Below, one piece after another: positions 49,586 through 59,213 of a stretch of 64,000 nucleotides of DNA. The stretch's first letter is position 1, and each line of letters begins with the position of its first letter. The translations under genes were made by a program, and so were the position numbers. The stretch lies in the NCBI GenBank assembly GCA_963826115.1, contig CAWGVS010000005.1:448001-512000 (forward strand). Direction: 5' to 3'. The notes below the pieces were generated by a model, which searched no databases, had not been told where the DNA came from, and saw only the letters and a program-made list of their open reading frames with translations. Source of the DNA: an uncultured Candidatus Rokubacteria bacterium (GTDB lineage: Bacteria; Methylomirabilota; Methylomirabilia; Rokubacteriales; DASRDR01).

Positions 49586-49848
49586 CCGAGTCTCGCGTCC
49601 GTCGCGCCTCCGATGCGGCCCGGCCCACGACCGGGGGGCTGGACCGTGCGCTAGAATGGTGAGCGTTCCGTGGTAGCTCACTATTCGTCAGGGGGCGTTT
49701 CGATGGATCCTCGCGACAGGTCCCGCGTCATCCTCGAGGGCTCGGCTCGTGCGCGGAACCTGTCGGGCGTGATGCGCTCCCGGCTGCTCGCCTCGGCCGC
49801 CGACGGCGCCGTCACCGACTGACGCATCGCGTACGGAGCGTCGATCGC

Positions 49849-50490
49849 ATGGACACCGGCCCGGTCGACCACATTCTCACGACGACCCGCTCCGTCCGGC
49901 GGCGACTCGACCTCGGCCGCCCGGTTGATCCCCGGGTCATCGAGGAGTGCCTGGAGATCGCCGTCCAGGCGCCGACCGGGGGCAACATCTCGCGCTACCA
50001 CTTCGTCGTGGTGACGGACCCTGCCAGGAGGGCCGGGGTCGCCCAGTACTACCGGAAGGTCTTCTTCGACGAGTATCTGCCCCGTCGCGCCCAGGTCACG
50101 CCTGACTTCCCGGAGCGCGACAGGGGCTTCTCCGACTCGGCGACCTATCTGGCCGAGCACCTGCACGAGGTGCCGGTGCTGGTGATCCCGTGCGTGGAGG
50201 GGCGCCTGGAGGACAAGGGCCCCATGGTCCGGGCCGCCTCGTACGGGAACATCCTGCCGGCGGCCTGGTCCTTCATGCTCGCGCTGCGCGCCCGGGGACT
50301 GGTCGCCGCGTGGACGACGCTCCACATCCGCTACGAGCGCGAGGTCGGCGCGCTCCTCGGGATCCCGGAGACGGTAACCCAGGCCGCGCTGATCCCCGTT
50401 GCCCACTCGACGGGCGGGGACTTCCACGTCGCCCGGCGCGTCCCCGCGCGCGAGCGGACATACTGGGACAGCTGGGGCCGGACGCGCTAG
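49849..50490 (+). CDS. Nitroreductase family protein
   Basis: TTRSVRRRLD, QAPTGGN, PAAWSFMLALRARGL...WTTLH. Confidence 0.9.
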   Translation: MDTGPVDHILTTTRSVRRRLDLGRPVDPRVIEECLEIAVQAPTGGNISRYHFVVVTDPARRAGVAQYYRKVFFDEYLPRRAQVTPDFPERDRGFSDSATYLAEHLHEVPVLVIPCVEGRLEDKGPMVRAASYGNILPAAWSFMLALRARGLVAAWTTLHIRYEREVGALLGIPETVTQAALIPVAHSTGGDFHVARRVPARERTYWDSWGRTR

Positions 50491-50517
50491 TCGTGTCCGA
50501 CTGACCCCTCACGATCC

Positions 50518-51147
50518 GTGGCGCTCCGTACCCAGCTCTCGATCGGCGTCAGGCGCGTGGCCGACTTCCTCGACCACCGGTTGCCGCGCGTCGCGGCGAT
50601 CGCGCGGCCCGCGTGGCGGAAGGTCGGCGGGCCACTCGGCCTGGCCGGCTACTGGGCCTACCGCCGAAACTTCCAGTACTACCAGGAGGTCGCTCGGCTC
50701 GCGCGGACGTACGTGCCCGCGGGCGGCTCGGTCCTCGACGTGGGGGCGAACGACACCCTGGTCCTCAGTCGGCTGGACTGGTTCCGGCGTCGGGTGGCCC
50801 TGGACAGGAACCCCATACCCTCGCAGCCCGGCGCCGAGCGGGTGCAGTCGAACTTTCTCGACTACCGGCCCGAGTCGCCGTTCGACCTGGTGATCTGCCT
50901 CCAGGTGCTCGAGCACCAGGACGTTCCCGAGCCGTTCGCCCAGAAGCTTCTCCACACGGGCCGGACGGTGATCGTGTCGGTCCCTCACGAGTGGCCGGCA
51001 GGTCGCCGCGCCGACCACCCCCAGGATCCGGTCAGCGAGGCCAAGCTCGTCGGGTGGATGGGCCGTCCGCCGGCCGAGACCATGATCGTGCGAGACGACG
51101 GGGCCGATCGCCTGATCGCGGTGTTTCCGGGCGCGGCGCCGAAGTAG
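50518..51147 (+). CDS. Class I SAM-dependent methyltransferase
   Basis: VLDVGA, FDLVICLQVLEH, IVSVP. Confidence 0.8.
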   Translation: MALRTQLSIGVRRVADFLDHRLPRVAAIARPAWRKVGGPLGLAGYWAYRRNFQYYQEVARLARTYVPAGGSVLDVGANDTLVLSRLDWFRRRVALDRNPIPSQPGAERVQSNFLDYRPESPFDLVICLQVLEHQDVPEPFAQKLLHTGRTVIVSVPHEWPAGRRADHPQDPVSEAKLVGWMGRPPAETMIVRDDGADRLIAVFPGAAPK

Positions 51148-51196
51148 CGGCGGGAGGGGAAGCCGGGGCGGCGATCCGGGCCGCCGCCCCGGCCGG

Positions 51197-51727
51197 TCAG
51201 TCCTGGCCTTCCAGCAGGAGCTTCACGACCCGCGGCGCGATCTCGCGCGCCCGCTGGTCGAGCTGGGCCTCGGTCAGGTTGGCGATGGGGTGGGGCATGA
51301 GGAGGAACCGGTAGGTCGGCACCCCCCACTGCTCGGCCATCGCCCGGCCAGTGAGCTCGAACACGTCGGTGACGATCGAGGCCGAGGGCACGCCTGCCTT
51401 CTCCAGCACGATTCCGTCGAGCACACTGCCCGACGAGCAGGACCCTCAGTCGCCGATGCCGGCGACCATCACATCGCAGGTCGCCTTGATCTCCTGGACG
51501 ATCTCGTCGTGCGCGGGGACGCTCGAGTTGTGCTTGCGCCACAGGCGCGCGTCGGCCGCGCCGTAGTCGGCGACCAGGACGTCGCCGATCTTCTGCAGCA
51601 GCCGGTCGGAGTTGAACTTCGTGTTCTCGACCAGGCCGACCCGCTTCCCCGCGAGGGAGCCCGGCCGCGCGGCGAACTTGACCGTCTGCGTCGAGACCTC
51701 GACGGTCGGATCCAGGATCTCGATCAT
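51197..51727 (-). CDS. UGSC family selenoprotein (in-frame UGA at 51446-51448 read as Sec)
   Basis: GIGD-TGA-GSC; family-typical sequence continues in frame (DGIVLEKAGVP...HPIA). Confidence 0.88.
51414..51436 (-). promoter_or_regulatory. Candidate bacterial SECIS hairpin
   Basis: CGUCGGGCA-GUG-UGCUCGACG stem starting about 10 nt 3' of the UGA. Confidence 0.55.
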
Positions 51728-52764
51728 CGCTTGACCTCCTTGGTCACGGCCTGGGAGGAGCGCTTGCCTCCCCAGCCTGGGATGTAGCAGGAGAAGGCTC
51801 CGGCCCGGCCGCCCGCCGCCACCACGAGGATGTCGTCGGGCGACTCGACCAGCGGGCGCATCCGCGTTTCGTCGCCGGGCTGGACCGCTCCCGCCATCTG
51901 GTGGGTCCGGCGGAGGTGCGCGTGCGAGTTCTGCGTGCGCGCGAAGAGGAACTCGCGGATCATCGCCTTGTTCCAGCCGTCGGCGGCGATCGTCCGCATG
52001 TGCTCGCCGGCGAGCACGACGACGAAGTTCGGCTGGCCCATCATGTTGCCGGACGAGTGCATGTCGTCGGCCAGAGTGGTCAGGATGCCCTCCGCGGTGC
52101 TGGAGAGCTGGTTGTAGAACTGCCGGGGGCCGGCGGCGGCCACGATGGTCACCGCGCTCTGGTCCGGTCGGAAGCCGCGCTCGACGTGGAGCGGCGTCCA
52201 GGGGCTCTCGGCCTCGTTCTCGGCGATCACGAAGGACAGCTTGCCGGGATGGCCGACCGTGCCGCGGTCGAGCAGGCCCGGCCGCGAGCCGCAGACGTTG
52301 CGCATCACGAGCCGGACCGCGCGCCCGATCGTGAGGTTGGCCCGCCAGCCGGGCCCGAAGAGGTTGTCGCCGGCGTTCACGTCCAGCTCGCGCGCCACCG
52401 GCCCGTTGACGATGAGGAGGACGGCGGCGCCCGAGGTCGACGTGCCCGGCCCGTGGTAGCTCCACCGCGGGTCCCCGATGCCCTCGACGGCCGCCACGAC
52501 GACCGGCATGTACTCCGGCCGGCATCCCGCCATGACGGCGTTGATCGCGACCTTCTCGGCGGTCACCGAGACGGCGCGGTGAGCGATGTACGCGATCTCC
52601 CGGGCGGGCTCGAGGCGGGCGCCCGCGAGCATGGCCTCGACGCGCTCCGGGGTGGGGGGGACGACCGGGAGACCGTCCGTCCATCCCCGGGCAAAGCAGA
52701 GCTCGATCGCTGCCGCATCGTCGGCGACGCGGTGACGAATCGCGGTCAGGGTCGACGCGCCCAC
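51724..52764 (-). CDS. Conserved hypothetical protein, UGSC-associated
   Basis: GWTDGLPVVPPT.ERV, EKVAINAVMAGC, RAN.TIGRA, G.PGK, ENE..SPW; ATGA overlap with UGSC gene. Confidence 0.8.
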   Translation of the reverse strand: MGASTLTAIRHRVADDAAAIELCFARGWTDGLPVVPPTPERVEAMLAGARLEPAREIAYIAHRAVSVTAEKVAINAVMAGCRPEYMPVVVAAVEGIGDPRWSYHGPGTSTSGAAVLLIVNGPVARELDVNAGDNLFGPGWRANLTIGRAVRLVMRNVCGSRPGLLDRGTVGHPGKLSFVIAENEAESPWTPLHVERGFRPDQSAVTIVAAAGPRQFYNQLSSTAEGILTTLADDMHSSGNMMGQPNFVVVLAGEHMRTIAADGWNKAMIREFLFARTQNSHAHLRRTHQMAGAVQPGDETRMRPLVESPDDILVVAAGGRAGAFSCYIPGWGGKRSSQAVTKEVKR

Positions 52765-52780
52765 GACGGCCGCGCCGGGA

Positions 52781-52984
52781 TCAGCGAGCCTTTTCGCCCG
52801 CTTGGAAACCCGCCTTGTTGTGCGTACCGTCGCAGAACGGCTTGTTGGCCGAGTGCCCGCACCGGCAGAGCGCGATCGTGTCGCCGCTGAGCGTGAACTC
52901 GTTGCCCTCCGCGTCGATCAGGCGGACCGGGCCCTTCACGAGGTACGGGCCGTTCATGCGGGTCATGATGCTCGGCTTGTCCAC
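52781..52984 (-). CDS. CDGSH iron-sulfur domain protein
   Basis: NGPYLV, LCRCGHSANKPFCDGTH; SD aaggagg. Confidence 0.92.
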   Translation of the reverse strand: MDKPSIMTRMNGPYLVKGPVRLIDAEGNEFTLSGDTIALCRCGHSANKPFCDGTHNKAGFQAGEKAR

Positions 52985-53145
52985 GTCGCACCTCCTTGGC
53001 ACGGCCCCGAGGGGCCGGCGGGGTCTGGTTGAACGTCGGTCTCCAGGACAGGATGGAGAATGTCCTTGCCGCCTGTCAATGAGATGGTGGGACGCGGGTC
53101 GCGGGTTCCGGGCGAGTCGCCCGGTGCCGCGCAGCCTGGTACCGC

Positions 53146-54300
53146 TCAGTGGAGTAGCGCGGCGAGCCCTCCCGCGAGGGCCCCTCCGGCCACGAGCCAC
53201 GCGGAGTTCAGCCGCGTGGCCAGGAGGAGCGCGGCGGAGGCCAGCGCCAGCCCGACGGTCGCCCAGTCGACGACGGCCGCGCGCCCGAGCTCCCACGTCA
53301 CGACAACCATCAGCGCGACCGACGCCGCGTTGGCTCCGTCGAGGAAGCCGCTCGCCCACGGGGACCGGCGGAGGCGCGGCACCAGCGGGCTCGACAGGGC
53401 CACGAATGCGAAGGACGGCAGGAAGATTGCCACGGTGGCGACGATCGCGCCCGGGACCGACGCGATGAGGTACCCGACGAAGGTCGCGGTCGTGAGGACG
53501 GGGCCCGGGGTGAACTGGCCGACGGCGACCGCGTCCAGGAGCTGGGCGTCCGTGAGCCAGCCGGTCCGCTCGACCACGTCGGGCCGGAGGAAAGCGAGGA
53601 GGACGTAGCCGCTTCCGAAGAGGATCGATCCGATCTTCAGGAAGACGAGGGCGAGCTGCGGCAGGGTCGCGCTCGCGGCGGCCGTCCCGCCCGCCACCGG
53701 CGCGAGGCCCGCCGCACCGCCGGCCGCGAGGAGCGCGCCCCCGGGGACCAGCACTCGGACACCGCCCCCGGCGGCGACACGTCGGAGTAGCGGCATCCCG
53801 AGGGCGGCCGCGAAGAGGAGCGCGACCTCGTTGACCCCGCGGACGGAGAGGATCAGGACGGCCAGCGCGACTGCGGCGGCGAGCGGGGTGGTGACGGCCC
53901 GGCGGGCGAGCGCCCAGACCGCCTGGACCACGACCGCGATGATCACCGGCTTGACGCCGTAGAGGATCCAGCCGGCCTCGGGGAGTTGGCCGTACCGGTC
54001 GTAGGCCACGGCGAGGGCGAGCGTGATCAGCATCGCGGGGAGGATGAAGCAGACGCCGCCGGCGACCAGACCCGGCCAGCCCGCGCGCACGAATCCCACG
54101 TGGATGGCCATCTCGGTCGAGTTCGGCCCGGGGATCAGGTTGGTCGCGCCGAGGAGATCCAGGAACTCATCGCGCGTCAGCCACGCGCGCCGGCGGACCA
54201 CCTCGTCCTCCATCATTGCGATGTGCGCGGCCGGCCCGCCGAAGCCGATCAGGCCGAGCTTGAGGAAGAGCCGCGCGACCTCTCCGACGCCCTGGGGCAT
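53146..54300 (-). CDS. chrA: Chromate efflux transporter (long-chain CHR)
   Basis: GFGGPAAH, PGPNS, FGSGYV, GQFTPGP. Confidence 0.92.
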   Translation of the reverse strand: MPQGVGEVARLFLKLGLIGFGGPAAHIAMMEDEVVRRRAWLTRDEFLDLLGATNLIPGPNSTEMAIHVGFVRAGWPGLVAGGVCFILPAMLITLALAVAYDRYGQLPEAGWILYGVKPVIIAVVVQAVWALARRAVTTPLAAAVALAVLILSVRGVNEVALLFAAALGMPLLRRVAAGGGVRVLVPGGALLAAGGAAGLAPVAGGTAAASATLPQLALVFLKIGSILFGSGYVLLAFLRPDVVERTGWLTDAQLLDAVAVGQFTPGPVLTTATFVGYLIASVPGAIVATVAIFLPSFAFVALSSPLVPRLRRSPWASGFLDGANAASVALMVVVTWELGRAAVVDWATVGLALASAALLLATRLNSAWLVAGGALAGGLAALLH

Positions 54301-54343
54301 GGTGGCTTTCGCGGCGGAGTATACTCCGGTCGGAGACGCCCGC

Positions 54344-55042
54344 ATGAGGGACGACGTGAAGGAGGCACGCGGGCGCGCGCCGCGGGATGGTGGCGGCCAC
54401 GGCGGTCTGTCACCCACGCTGGTCGCGTGGCTCGAGGCGGAGCCGCTCGACGGCCGCGCGCTGGTCGACGTGGGCACGGGCACGGGACGTCTCGCCCTCC
54501 ACGTCGCCCCGCGGGCCCGCCGAGTCCTCGGGATCGACACCGACGCCGGCGCGCTCGTCGAGGCGCAGCGGCGGGCCCGCCGGGCCGGGCTCGCCAACGT
54601 GCTCTTCGTGGTCGCCGACGCCGAGCGGATCGACTATCGCGCGCTCGGCCAGCCGGACCTCGCGGTCGCCCACCTCTGCATGTCGGACGCGATCATCGCC
54701 CGTGCATCCGCCGGCCTCCCGCCTGGGGGTGGCCTCGCCTTCGCCGCCTTTCACACCGACCAGTGGCGGGAGACAGGCTCGGTCTCGCGCTTCGCCTACG
54801 ACCCCGACCGGGCCCGGCGAGTGCTTCTCGAGGCCGGCTTTCGGGTCGAGCGCCTCCAGGTCGAGCAGGAGATCGCGCGGTTCGCGTCGGCGGCGGAGGC
54901 TCTCGACCGGACCGCCGGGCTTCGGGCCCGGTGGGGGACCGACGGGCGCTGGACCTCCTGGGAGCGGTTCATTGCCGAAGGGGGACGCACGCTGACCCAG
55001 AGCCGGCTGGTCGTGCTGGCCCGGCGCGAGGGCGATCGATGA
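54344..55042 (+). CDS. Class I SAM-dependent methyltransferase
   Basis: VDVGTGTG, GID, DAE motifs. Confidence 0.8.
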   Translation: MRDDVKEARGRAPRDGGGHGGLSPTLVAWLEAEPLDGRALVDVGTGTGRLALHVAPRARRVLGIDTDAGALVEAQRRARRAGLANVLFVVADAERIDYRALGQPDLAVAHLCMSDAIIARASAGLPPGGGLAFAAFHTDQWRETGSVSRFAYDPDRARRVLLEAGFRVERLQVEQEIARFASAAEALDRTAGLRARWGTDGRWTSWERFIAEGGRTLTQSRLVVLARREGDR

Positions 55043-56175
55043 CGCCGGCCGCGCTCTCCGCGCGGGTCAAGGACGCGGGGCGGTCTCTCGGGTTCGACCT
55101 GGTCGCGATCGGCCCGGCCCGGCCGCCCGACCACGGCGAGGCCTTCGAGCGCTGGCTCGACGCGGGCCACGCGGGGACGATGGCCTATCTCGAGCGCGGT
55201 CGCGACAAGCGCCTCGACCCCCGGCAGGTTCTTCCCGGCGCGCGGTCGGTCGTCGCGTGCGCCCTCGGCTACTTCCAGGGGCCGGAGGCGCAGGGTCCCG
55301 CCGGGATCGCGCGGTACGCGTGGGGCGAGGACTATCACGCCGTGGTCGAGTTCCGGCTCCGCGGGCTGGAACGCGCGCTGACGGAGCTCGCGCCGGAGGC
55401 GGAGTCGCGCGCCTACGTGGACACGGGCCCGCTCCTCGAGCGCGATCTTGCCGCCCGGGCCGGGCTCGGATGGATCGGGAAGAACACGATGCTGCTCCAT
55501 CCGGACCTCGGGTCCTTCTTCTTCATTGGGAGCCTGCTGACGACGGCGGAGCTCGAGTCCGACGCGCCCTTACCCGATCGTTGCGGGAGCTGTACGCGCT
55601 GTCTCGACGCCTGTCCGACGGAGGCCTTCGTCGGCCCTTACGTGCTCGACGCCCGGCGGTGCATCGCGTACCTCACGATCGAGCACCGCGGGCCGATCCC
55701 GGCCGAGCTCCGGGCCGGCGTCGGCGGCTGGGCCTTCGGCTGCGACGTGTGCCAGGACGTCTGCCCCTGGAACCGTCGCGCCCCGGCGACGGCGGAGGCC
55801 GCGTTCCGGTCCCGGCGGCATCCGCCGCTCGGTGAGCTCCTGGCGCTCGAGGAGGCGGCGTACGTGGAGGGCTTCCGCGGAAGCCCGCTCAAGCGCGCGC
55901 GACGCGGGGGCCTCGCCCGCAACGCGGCGGTCGCGCTGGGGAACGGCGGCGCGCCCGCCGACGTGCCGGCGCTCGCCGCGGCCCTCGGCCACGGCGAGCC
56001 GACCGTGCGCGGCCACGCCGCCTGGGCGCTCGGCCGGATCGGCGGTGAGGAGGCGCGCATCGCCCTCCAGGCCGCGCGGACCCGCGAGGGCGACGCCGGC
56101 GCGGCCGGGGAGATGGAGCGCGCGCTGGCCGAGCTGTCCACGACGGAGATCCCGGGAGGGAGAACGCGCCGATGA
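55039..56175 (+). CDS. queG: Epoxyqueuosine reductase
   Basis: RYAWGEDYH, YVDTGP, GWIGKN, CGSC..C...CPT, GCDVCQDVCPWN, HEAT tail. Confidence 0.95.
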   Translation: MTPAALSARVKDAGRSLGFDLVAIGPARPPDHGEAFERWLDAGHAGTMAYLERGRDKRLDPRQVLPGARSVVACALGYFQGPEAQGPAGIARYAWGEDYHAVVEFRLRGLERALTELAPEAESRAYVDTGPLLERDLAARAGLGWIGKNTMLLHPDLGSFFFIGSLLTTAELESDAPLPDRCGSCTRCLDACPTEAFVGPYVLDARRCIAYLTIEHRGPIPAELRAGVGGWAFGCDVCQDVCPWNRRAPATAEAAFRSRRHPPLGELLALEEAAYVEGFRGSPLKRARRGGLARNAAVALGNGGAPADVPALAAALGHGEPTVRGHAAWALGRIGGEEARIALQAARTREGDAGAAGEMERALAELSTTEIPGGRTRR

Positions 56176-56768
56176 AGATAGATCCGGGTCGCGACGCCCT
56201 GGTCGTCGTCGACCTCCAGAACGATTTCTGTCCGGAGGGGGCGCTCGCCGTGAAGGACGGCGACGCGATCGTGCCCGTGGTCAACCGCTACCTCGAGCGG
56301 TTCGCCCGCGCGGGCGCGCCCGTGTTCCTGACGCGCGACTGGCATCCGGCCGTGACCACGCACTTCCAGGCCTACGGAGGCATCTGGCCGCCCCACTGCG
56401 TGCAGGGGACCCGGGGCGCCGAGTTCCACCCGGGTCTGAAGCCCCCGGCCCGGGCGGAGGTCGTGTCCAAGGGAATGGATCCCACGCGGGACTCGTACTC
56501 CGCCTTCCAGGCCGAGGACGAGTCCGGGCGGCCCTTGCCCGACGTGCTCGCGGCGCGGGGCGTCCGGCGGCTCTACGTGGGGGGGCTGGCCACGGACTAC
56601 TGTGTCCGCGCCAGCGCGCTGGACGCGCTGAACGGGGGGTTCGAGGTCGTCGTTCTCACCGATGCGATCGGCGCCGTGGACCTCGAGCCCGGGGACGGAG
56701 CCCGCGCGATCGGCGAGATGCGGGACGCGGGCGCGAAATTCGCCACCATGAATGATCTCGGGACCTGA
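56172..56768 (+). CDS. pncA: Nicotinamidase
   Basis: VDLQNDF, DWHP, WPPHC, SKG, GLATDYCV. Confidence 0.93.
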   Translation: MKIDPGRDALVVVDLQNDFCPEGALAVKDGDAIVPVVNRYLERFARAGAPVFLTRDWHPAVTTHFQAYGGIWPPHCVQGTRGAEFHPGLKPPARAEVVSKGMDPTRDSYSAFQAEDESGRPLPDVLAARGVRRLYVGGLATDYCVRASALDALNGGFEVVVLTDAIGAVDLEPGDGARAIGEMRDAGAKFATMNDLGT

Positions 56769-56843
56769 CCCGCGTGCTACCATGAGCGAGAACATGCGGA
56801 CGCGACGCGAGCATCGTCGATTGGCACCCCGCGCGAGGTCGGC

Positions 56844-57386
56844 ATGGCGATTCTGAAGGTGGCCCGGCTGGGCCATCCGGTGCTCCGGAAGGTGGCGGAG
56901 CCCGTGCCACGCTCCGAGATCATGCGCCCCGAGACGCAGCGCCTGATCGACGACATGATCGAGACGATGCACGAGTACATCGGCGTCGGTCTCGCGGGGC
57001 CGCAGGTGCACGTCTCGCGGCAGATCGCCGTCCTGGAGTGCGAGTCCCACCCCCGCTACCCCGAGATGGCCAGCATCCCGCTGATGGTGATCATCAACCC
57101 CGTTCTCACGCCGGTGTCCGACGAGACGGCGACGGACTGGGAAGGATGCCTCTCCATCCCGGACTTCCGCGGCGTCACGCCGCGGTACGCGTCGATGCGG
57201 CTCGAGGCCTACGGCCGGCAGGGCGAGAAGATCGAGCTGGTCGCCAAGGACTTTTTCGCGCGAGTGCTCCAGCACGAGACGGACCACCTGAACGGCAAGG
57301 TCTACATGGACCGCATGGGCGACCTGACCACGCTGGCTCACCTCCAGGAGTGGTCCCGCTACTGGCTGCGCGAGGAGCCCGAATGA
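56844..57386 (+). CDS. def: Peptide deformylase
   Basis: GVGLAGPQ, EGCLS, QHETDHL. Confidence 0.95.
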   Translation: MAILKVARLGHPVLRKVAEPVPRSEIMRPETQRLIDDMIETMHEYIGVGLAGPQVHVSRQIAVLECESHPRYPEMASIPLMVIINPVLTPVSDETATDWEGCLSIPDFRGVTPRYASMRLEAYGRQGEKIELVAKDFFARVLQHETDHLNGKVYMDRMGDLTTLAHLQEWSRYWLREEPE

Positions 57387-57423
57387 GCCCGGGGGCCCGG
57401 CCGGGACGGCGGGCGGCGGACGC

Positions 57424-57828
57424 ATGACGACGGACGGCGCGACCGTCACCGTCGTCGCGCACGTTCGAGACCTGTTGTTCTCGAGCCGGATCGCGGAGAC
57501 GGCCCGCCGGCTGGGATACGGATTCCGGGCCGCCCGCTCGCTCGACGACTTCCGGACCGCCCTGGCCGACCGCCCGGCGCTCGTGATGCTGGACCTCACC
57601 GACTCGGGGCTCGACATGGACGCGGCGCTGCGGGAGATCGAGGCGGCCGGGCGCCCCGCGCCCGTCCTCGGCTGGTCGACGCACGTCCTCTGGAAGACGA
57701 CCCGGCCGCTCCACGATCGGTGCGACCGGGTGGTCACCCGCGAGGCGCTCACCGCGGAGCTGCCGGAGCTCCTGCGCGGGTTCGTCGAGGCGGGGAGCGC
57801 GTCGGACCGCGGGGGCGCGGGCTCCTAG
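57424..57828 (+). CDS. Degenerate receiver-like protein
   Basis: DLLFSSRI, LVMLDL; lacks acidic pocket and KP motif. Confidence 0.6.
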   Translation: MTTDGATVTVVAHVRDLLFSSRIAETARRLGYGFRAARSLDDFRTALADRPALVMLDLTDSGLDMDAALREIEAAGRPAPVLGWSTHVLWKTTRPLHDRCDRVVTREALTAELPELLRGFVEAGSASDRGGAGS

Positions 57829-57837
57829 GAGGGAAGG

Positions 57838-58503
57838 GTGGGGATGGACGCGGAAGCCTTCGTCCGGGACCTCGACGCGCGGAACCAGGCGCTTCTCCGC
57901 CGGCTGGCGCCCGAAGCGACGCTCAAACCCGAGGTCGCGGGCGACCTCAGCGTGGTGAATCTCCTCAAGGTCGCGCTGAAGAACGAGATCGAGGCGACCG
58001 AGAGCGCGGCGCGCTGGCTCGCGACGACGCCCGAGATCGACGTCAAGCTCGCCCTGGCGCGGCAGGTCGGGGACGAGGCCAAGCACTACCGCCTCATCGC
58101 CGATCGGCTCCAGGAGCTCGGTTTCGACGCCCGCGGGTTCGACCCCCTGGCCAAGGGGTACGGCCCGCTGTTCCAGTACCTCGACGGGCTCCGGACGACC
58201 GTGGAGCGGGTTGCCGCCGGCCAGTTCACCCGTGAGGCGATCGCGGTCGTGAAGAACCGCCAGTTCATCGAGTTCTGCGAGGCCGCGGGCGACGAGGCGA
58301 CGGCGCGGCTCTACCGCGACGTCATCGAGCCCGACGAGCACCACCACCACGAGCTCGGGCGGCGACTTCTGCTGCGCTACGCGTCGACGCCGGAGGCCCA
58401 GGAGGCGGCGCGACGCGCCGCGACGCGCACGCTCGAGCTCGCCGAGGAGCTGCAAGGGATGGCGCTCCGGACCGGGGGCATCCACCACGCCCCCGGCTGT
58501 TGA
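57838..58503 (+). CDS. Ferritin-like di-iron protein
   Basis: NEIEA, DEAKH, REAIA, DEHHH. Confidence 0.82.
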   Translation: MGMDAEAFVRDLDARNQALLRRLAPEATLKPEVAGDLSVVNLLKVALKNEIEATESAARWLATTPEIDVKLALARQVGDEAKHYRLIADRLQELGFDARGFDPLAKGYGPLFQYLDGLRTTVERVAAGQFTREAIAVVKNRQFIEFCEAAGDEATARLYRDVIEPDEHHHHELGRRLLLRYASTPEAQEAARRAATRTLELAEELQGMALRTGGIHHAPGC

Positions 58504-58531
58504 TCGAGGCCGAACCAGGGAGGTGTGAAGG

Positions 58532-59197
58532 ATGACGAAGAGACTTCGAGGCGCGGGCCTGTGGACCGTCATGACGCTCGGCATCGGGCTGGTCGTGTGG
58601 GGGGCGTGCGGGAAGAAGGAGCTGCCTCCGCTGTCGGCGATCGTCGACGCTCCGTATTTCCGGGTCGGATCGTCCTGGACCTACAAGGTCGAGGACACTG
58701 CCTGGAACGCGCCTCAGATGGTGACGCTCACGTTCATGAAGGACGACGAGTACAAGAACGCGGGAGTCCTGGCCTTCGGCGCCGGGAGCGAGACGATTCT
58801 CTACGACCGCGACCTGAACTTCGTCGCGGTGGCCTCCAACGGGCGGATCCTGCGCGAGGCGTCGCCTTCGCTCCGGTCCTTCGACTTCCCCTTCTACGTG
58901 GGGAAGGAGTGGCGGTCCGTCTTCACGTTCCAGGACAACCAGAAGGGGCTGTCGTGGACACCGGTCGAGGTGTTCTGGCGCGTCAAGGAGTACGACGAGG
59001 TCAGCGTGCCGGCCGGGAAGTTCCGCGCCTTCCTGCTCGAGAGCGAGCCCAGCACGAACTGGGGCGTCAAGAAGGAGCAGGTCTGGTACGCTCCGCAGGC
59101 GAAGCAGCTGGTGAAGCGCCTCCGGGAGCGGACCAACGCGCACTACGAGGGGAAGGGCAAGGACACCTGGGAGCTGGTGCAGTACACGCTGAAGTAG
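58532..59197 (+). CDS. Hypothetical lipoprotein
   Basis: Lipobox-like WGAC; E.VSVPAGKF and WYAP motifs of beta-rich exported proteins. Confidence 0.75.
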   Translation: MTKRLRGAGLWTVMTLGIGLVVWGACGKKELPPLSAIVDAPYFRVGSSWTYKVEDTAWNAPQMVTLTFMKDDEYKNAGVLAFGAGSETILYDRDLNFVAVASNGRILREASPSLRSFDFPFYVGKEWRSVFTFQDNQKGLSWTPVEVFWRVKEYDEVSVPAGKFRAFLLESEPSTNWGVKKEQVWYAPQAKQLVKRLRERTNAHYEGKGKDTWELVQYTLK

Positions 59198-59213
59198 TCT
59201 CGGAGGATCCATC

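Noticed and set aside
49703-49822. 39-codon ORF upstream of the nitroreductase
   Set aside because: Weak SD, no recognisable motif; cannot be supported
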